Source: Vitrella brassicaformis CCMP3155 (taxonomy: Eukaryota; Protista; Chromerida). From it: DNA of 64,000 nucleotides. The translations under genes were made by a program, and so were the position numbers. A model generated the notes under the pieces. That model was not told the origin of the DNA. It saw nothing but the letters and a program-made list of their open reading frames with translations, and searched no databases. Location of the stretch: positions 1 to 64,000 of the forward strand of contig CDMY01000344.1 in assembly GCA_001179505.1 (NCBI GenBank), read 5' to 3'. Below are positions 59,658-64,000 of the stretch, in pieces (positions within the stretch are counted from its first letter, which is position 1; every line of letters starts with the position of its first letter).

Positions 59658-62600
59658 ATGCAGCCTAGTGCCCGCCTCCTCCTCGGTGCCCTGCTGTCTG
59701 CTGTCACCCTCACGAGTGCCGGGGCAGCTCACGGTAAGCAATCACTACCAAACACGCTTACACGTGCCATATGGGCATTGCAGATCTGAAGGCACCCCTC
59801 CAGCCGTTTCTCTCTCACCAGAGGAGCGCATATGGCCACCTGCATAAGGATAATGTCACCTCAGCTGAGCGACCTTCAGGCGGAATCGTTCGTCGTGTGG
59901 ATGAGATGGATAAGCCGGGAGGTGACAGCAGAGAGTATCGCACTATAACGCTCAAGAACCAATTGGAGGCGGTGCTTGCGTCGGATATGAATGAGGAGTT
60001 CGGCACTATGGCACTGCGCGTCAAAGCCGGAAGGTGCGCCTGCGAGAGAGGGGAGACATAGATGTCTCATACATGTGTGTGGTGCCTGTGCGTGTCTGTC
60101 TTTGTCTTTTTCTATCTTTATCTGTGCGCACAGTTTCCAGGTAGGCGCTGGGCCTTTGTCTCCTCGAATATGCTCGTGTCTCTTCCTTCTCGCCGGCAGG
60201 ACCCCGATGAGCTGCCCGGCCTGGCCCATCTGCTGGAGTGAGTGAGTCGGCGCAACCTGCACACAATGCACATCTCTTGGTTGCTCCTTGACGTCGATGG
60301 GTGGGTGCATTGGCTGCCACAGGCACCTTGTGCATCACCTGTCGGTCCCGACCGATAAGCACCCCTACTCGGTGTACAAGCATTTGAGTATCATCGGTGG
60401 AGACAACGACGCGTTCACAGTGGCAGGTCAGTCCATTGCGTGGTCGGCAGATAGGGAGGCTCCTTCGTATCAAGGTGGTGATTGCCACTGATTGCACCGC
60501 GCCAGATTGTTGCGCGTGTGTGCAGAGGGCACTTTCTTTCAGTTTCAAGTGCCGAAGAAACACATGCAGGACGCGCTCAAGAGGTACATACAGACATGCA
60601 GGCAGGCAGGCATCGGCCCATCTGTGTGTGTAATGTCTCACCACTTTCTCTGTGTATGTAGATTTGCCGATATGTTTATCATGAAGGAACACGTCTTCAC
60701 TGACGAGACCATCAAGTCGGAGATCACTGCCGTCAACAACGACTTCAATGCCTTTCTACAGAATGAGAAGTGGCGCGTCCCACATATGACGAAAGTAGCC
60801 GCTAACCACCAACATCCCCATTCTCGTTTCGACCCTGGCAATAGGGCATCACTCGACAAGGGGATTAGCAAGGTGACGGCGCGAGCAGGCATATGTAGCT
60901 CAGCATTCATTGCCATGTGCATGTTTGGCACAGGTGCGCAAGGCGTTGGTAGGTTTCTTCAATCAGTTCTACTCCGCTAATGCCATCAAACTGTCTCTAA
61001 TTGGACCCTTCCCACTAGATAAGCTGCAGAAATGGGTCGTGCAGGTAGCAAGCGAATCGAACACGTGACTGTCGAGACACTTCAGGTGTCCCTACTGACT
61101 TCTCCACTTATCTGCATTCAGTACTTTTCGCCGATCCCCAACCGACAGATTCCACTGACCCACTCTTATCCAGTCACGCCTTATGAATTCGGCACTTTGG
61201 GCATCCGCTATGACGTGGTCCCTGCCCTCAAGGACGTCAACAGAATGCTGCTGTACTTCCCGTACACTCCCGAAGGGATTGTTGTGCCGGGCGCGCCGCC
61301 ACGGAACTTCAAGTGGGCGAGAATCGATAGAGAGAAAGGGGACTTTCATCACTGTGTGTCCCTTTTGTTTGGTCATGCATGTCAGGGAGAGCAAGCCGGA
61401 GCAGTACATACTGTCCCTTATCAACTACCGCGGTCCCGGCTCGCTGTCAAGGGTCTTGATTGAGAGGGGGTGGGCCACTCGGTTGGAGGCCAAGCTCACG
61501 GAAGAATCAGGCGACCTGTGTGAAGCATCGGACGACCTCGCCGCATTCAAGTCAGACAGACAGACAGTCTCTAACTTTGTCCACCAAAGTTAGAGACACC
61601 AAAACCTTACGTCTCTGCGTCTTGTGTGATGTAGGATTGAGATTCGCTTGACGAGGAACTTCTGTGAAGCATCAGGGGAGCGGGCCGTTGATTCGGAGCT
61701 CGAGTTGTTCTTCCACTTCCTCCATCTCATGCGCCGAGAGGGGTCCGACCTGGAGCGCTTCACCACGCTGGCGAACGAGAAGAGAGCTCAGTGGGATGAA
61801 GCCCCGGGAGACGATGCAGAGGCAAGTTCACGGCACAACGGACATGTGTAGGCGTCGATGGGTCTACATCATATCTGTGTGGGACGCGAGCAGAAGATTG
61901 TCGAGAGCCTTTTCCACTTTCCCCCGCCACGCACAATGAGCGGCCCCTCCCTTTTGGACAAGTGGAGCCCTGAAGACATCAGCTTCATGCTGGACAGGGT
62001 TCTCACGCCAGACAACATCATCGCCATCGTAGCATCAAAGACCCTGTTCAGCGAGAAATCGAGGACACAGAAGGTCTGCCATCACACTTAAAGGACCTTG
62101 CCTCCTTTGACTGGGCCGCTGTTCGTCTTTCCACAGCAATGGAAGACCGAGCAGTGGTACAAGATCGTCTACAGGGGTACAAATATCAGCTCCGAGCTCA
62201 AAGCCAGATGGCGCAGCCCTCCGGCCGTCGACAAGAGGCTGAAGCTGCCCGGTCCAAACCCGTTCACGGCAGGGGAGATGGTGAAGATAAAGGGCAAGGG
62301 CGAGGGAGACACCTCCCCCAAAAGATCGCTGTACAAGCTGACGCATAGATTCGTCGAGCTAATCGTTCAGCGGTCTTACTACGTATGCATACGGAGCAAG
62401 CCAGCCCCTGCCGCCCCCTTTCGCATTGCTGCACATGTGTGATGCAGGACGTCAGTGGGGCTGTTCTCGTCGTCCTCACGCTGCCTGAGCTGGGAAGCGG
62501 CAGCCGAGAGCAGTTCATGGTCGACCTGTACATCAAGCTCATCACGGACCGAATGGATGAGACCACATACATGGCCAGTAAGACAGGTACGAATCGACAG

Positions 62601-64000
62601 ATCGATGGATCGGTGGAGACATGCTGATTGGCTTGCTTGCGAGAGTGCGGTGCAGGCATTGACTCATCCATAGAGTTCGACATGGTCGAGAACCACATCC
62701 TTATCAAGTTCTCGCGGATTGCCGGGCAGAACATTCAGCGGCTGCTTCAGTCTTACCTCGAGACGATGAAACGCATCTGGGAGGAATACGGCAGCACCAG
62801 GCTGAGCACCGAGCTGCAGGAGAGGTTTGAATATGTGCGTCTCAACACTCTCGAGAAGAAACTGAACAAGCAACGGTCCGCCTTGGCGCAGAAACTTGCA
62901 CAGTAAGTGAGCCTCCAGCGCCATTTCTGCTATCGATTGTCTGCTTCTTCCTCTCCGTCCGTGCAGCAAATCGATGGACGAGGTCTTGTCAGGGTATTCC
63001 TTCAGTCGGCATGTGGAGTTCCTTCTCTCCGAGGCAACGCCCACCGCCATAGCTGACCTCGTCGGATCGGTTCTCGCCAGGATCGACATAACCGTCTTCG
63101 CATCAGGCAACTGGAATGACAAGGAGGCCAAGCGGATGGCGCAGCTTGTCTCGGATGTCCTGGGAAGTGACGCACTGGAGGCCGACGAGAAGCCCACGAG
63201 ACAGAGCATCCAGATTCCGCTCGGTCAGAGGGGCGTCGTGGTATCCCGACAAGGCGTCAGCAGGGCATCAGGCTTCGAGATTTTCTTGCAAGTAGGCCAG
63301 GGGGACGGGCTGGCTGATCGATCGGTGTGTGTCTCGTCTTTGTCTGTCTTTGTCTTTCCTGCGACACAGGTGGGACACTTCCCCGGCAAAGCAGACACCA
63401 CAATGGCGAAAAACGTCCTGCTGCAACAGTTGACGGAGCTCGTAACCAGGCTGGCCTTCATGTAAGCGACACCCGCCACGCCACAGGTCCACGTCCGACT
63501 TGCCCCACAGGTCAGCGTTCGAGATGCTGCGGTTGGAGCAGAATTTGTGCTATCACATCCTGGCTAGTTCTTGTGACAACTATGGCGTGCGGGGCGTCAG
63601 CCTGTACCTGCAGTCGACCGATCACGGCCCGGCAGATGTCGAGCAGCACGTCGAGACATGGCTGGGCAGATTCAGGCATGTGCAGACACACACACACTGT
63701 GTGTTTGTACAGTCCGTGTGTGTGGGTGCAGGAGGGAGCTGAAGGATATGAGTCCGCAGGCCTTCAAGGACTACCTTGAGGGATACACCACAAACGCGCG
63801 GCAGCTCGAGACACTGTAAGTCAGCCCGCCAATGGATGTCTCTCTCCCTCCCTCCGTCCACATATCTGTGTGAGTGCGTGTGTGCAGCATGTCTGCTGAG
63901 GTCATCTCACGTGCCTTCCTCTTCAATCGCGATGAGGAGGCCATGAATGCCCTCCAAAAAATCACAAAGGCACGCACACGACACAGAAAGAAAGAACCAG
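59658..64000 (+). CDS. Insulinase / insulysin-like M16A metallopeptidase with signal peptide (3' end outside the window)
   Basis: The N-terminal MQPSARLLLGALLSAVTLTSAGAA is signal-like. It is followed by DSREYRTITLKNQLE, PGLAHLLE-H (HxxEH), HPHSRFDPGNRASL, RGPGSLSRVLIERGWAT, LKLPGPNPF and FEMLRLEQNLCYHI. Confidence 0.88.

Noticed and set aside
1-64000. Numerous ORFs rich in HTHT, CVCV, TDRQ or LSVC, and ORFs spanning X runs
   Set aside because: These are translations of intronic microsatellites or N gaps, not proteins.

Overview
This is eukaryotic, GC-rich and very intron-dense DNA. Short introns are packed with (CA/GT)n, (GACA)n and (GGAT)n microsatellites, and there are seven fixed-size 300-N gaps. 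Gene content and style point to a chromerid alveolate, most likely Vitrella brassicaformis (inference). The ORF track mostly runs through introns, so I rebuilt gene models by hand from splice signals, and boundaries are approximate. About 18 protein-coding genes are supported: two nearly intronless ankyrin-family paralogs, a DUF2408/Cub1-like two-repeat protein, a DUF4241-like protein, an alpha/beta hydrolase, a 5-hmdU DNA kinase helical-domain (aGPT-Pplase1-type) protein, two F-box/LRR-like proteins, an SGNH-like protein, a duplicated Cdc25-like phosphatase, WDR75/UTP17, an acidic low-complexity gene, a RING-TLDc protein, a CAD-like dehydrogenase, a transmembrane class I phosphodiesterase, an Mss116-like DEAD-box protein, a TVP38/TMEM64 protein and a secreted M16A insulinase. 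The best candidate for new biology is the intron-containing, phage-type thymidine-hypermodification gene at 9415-11815, which sits among other bacterial-type genes. Also notable are three enzymes with altered catalytic motifs (dehydrogenase, helicase, insulinase) and the diverging Cdc25 duplication. I recognised no tRNA, rRNA, CRISPR array or transposase. Family assignments come from recalled motifs, not from database searches.
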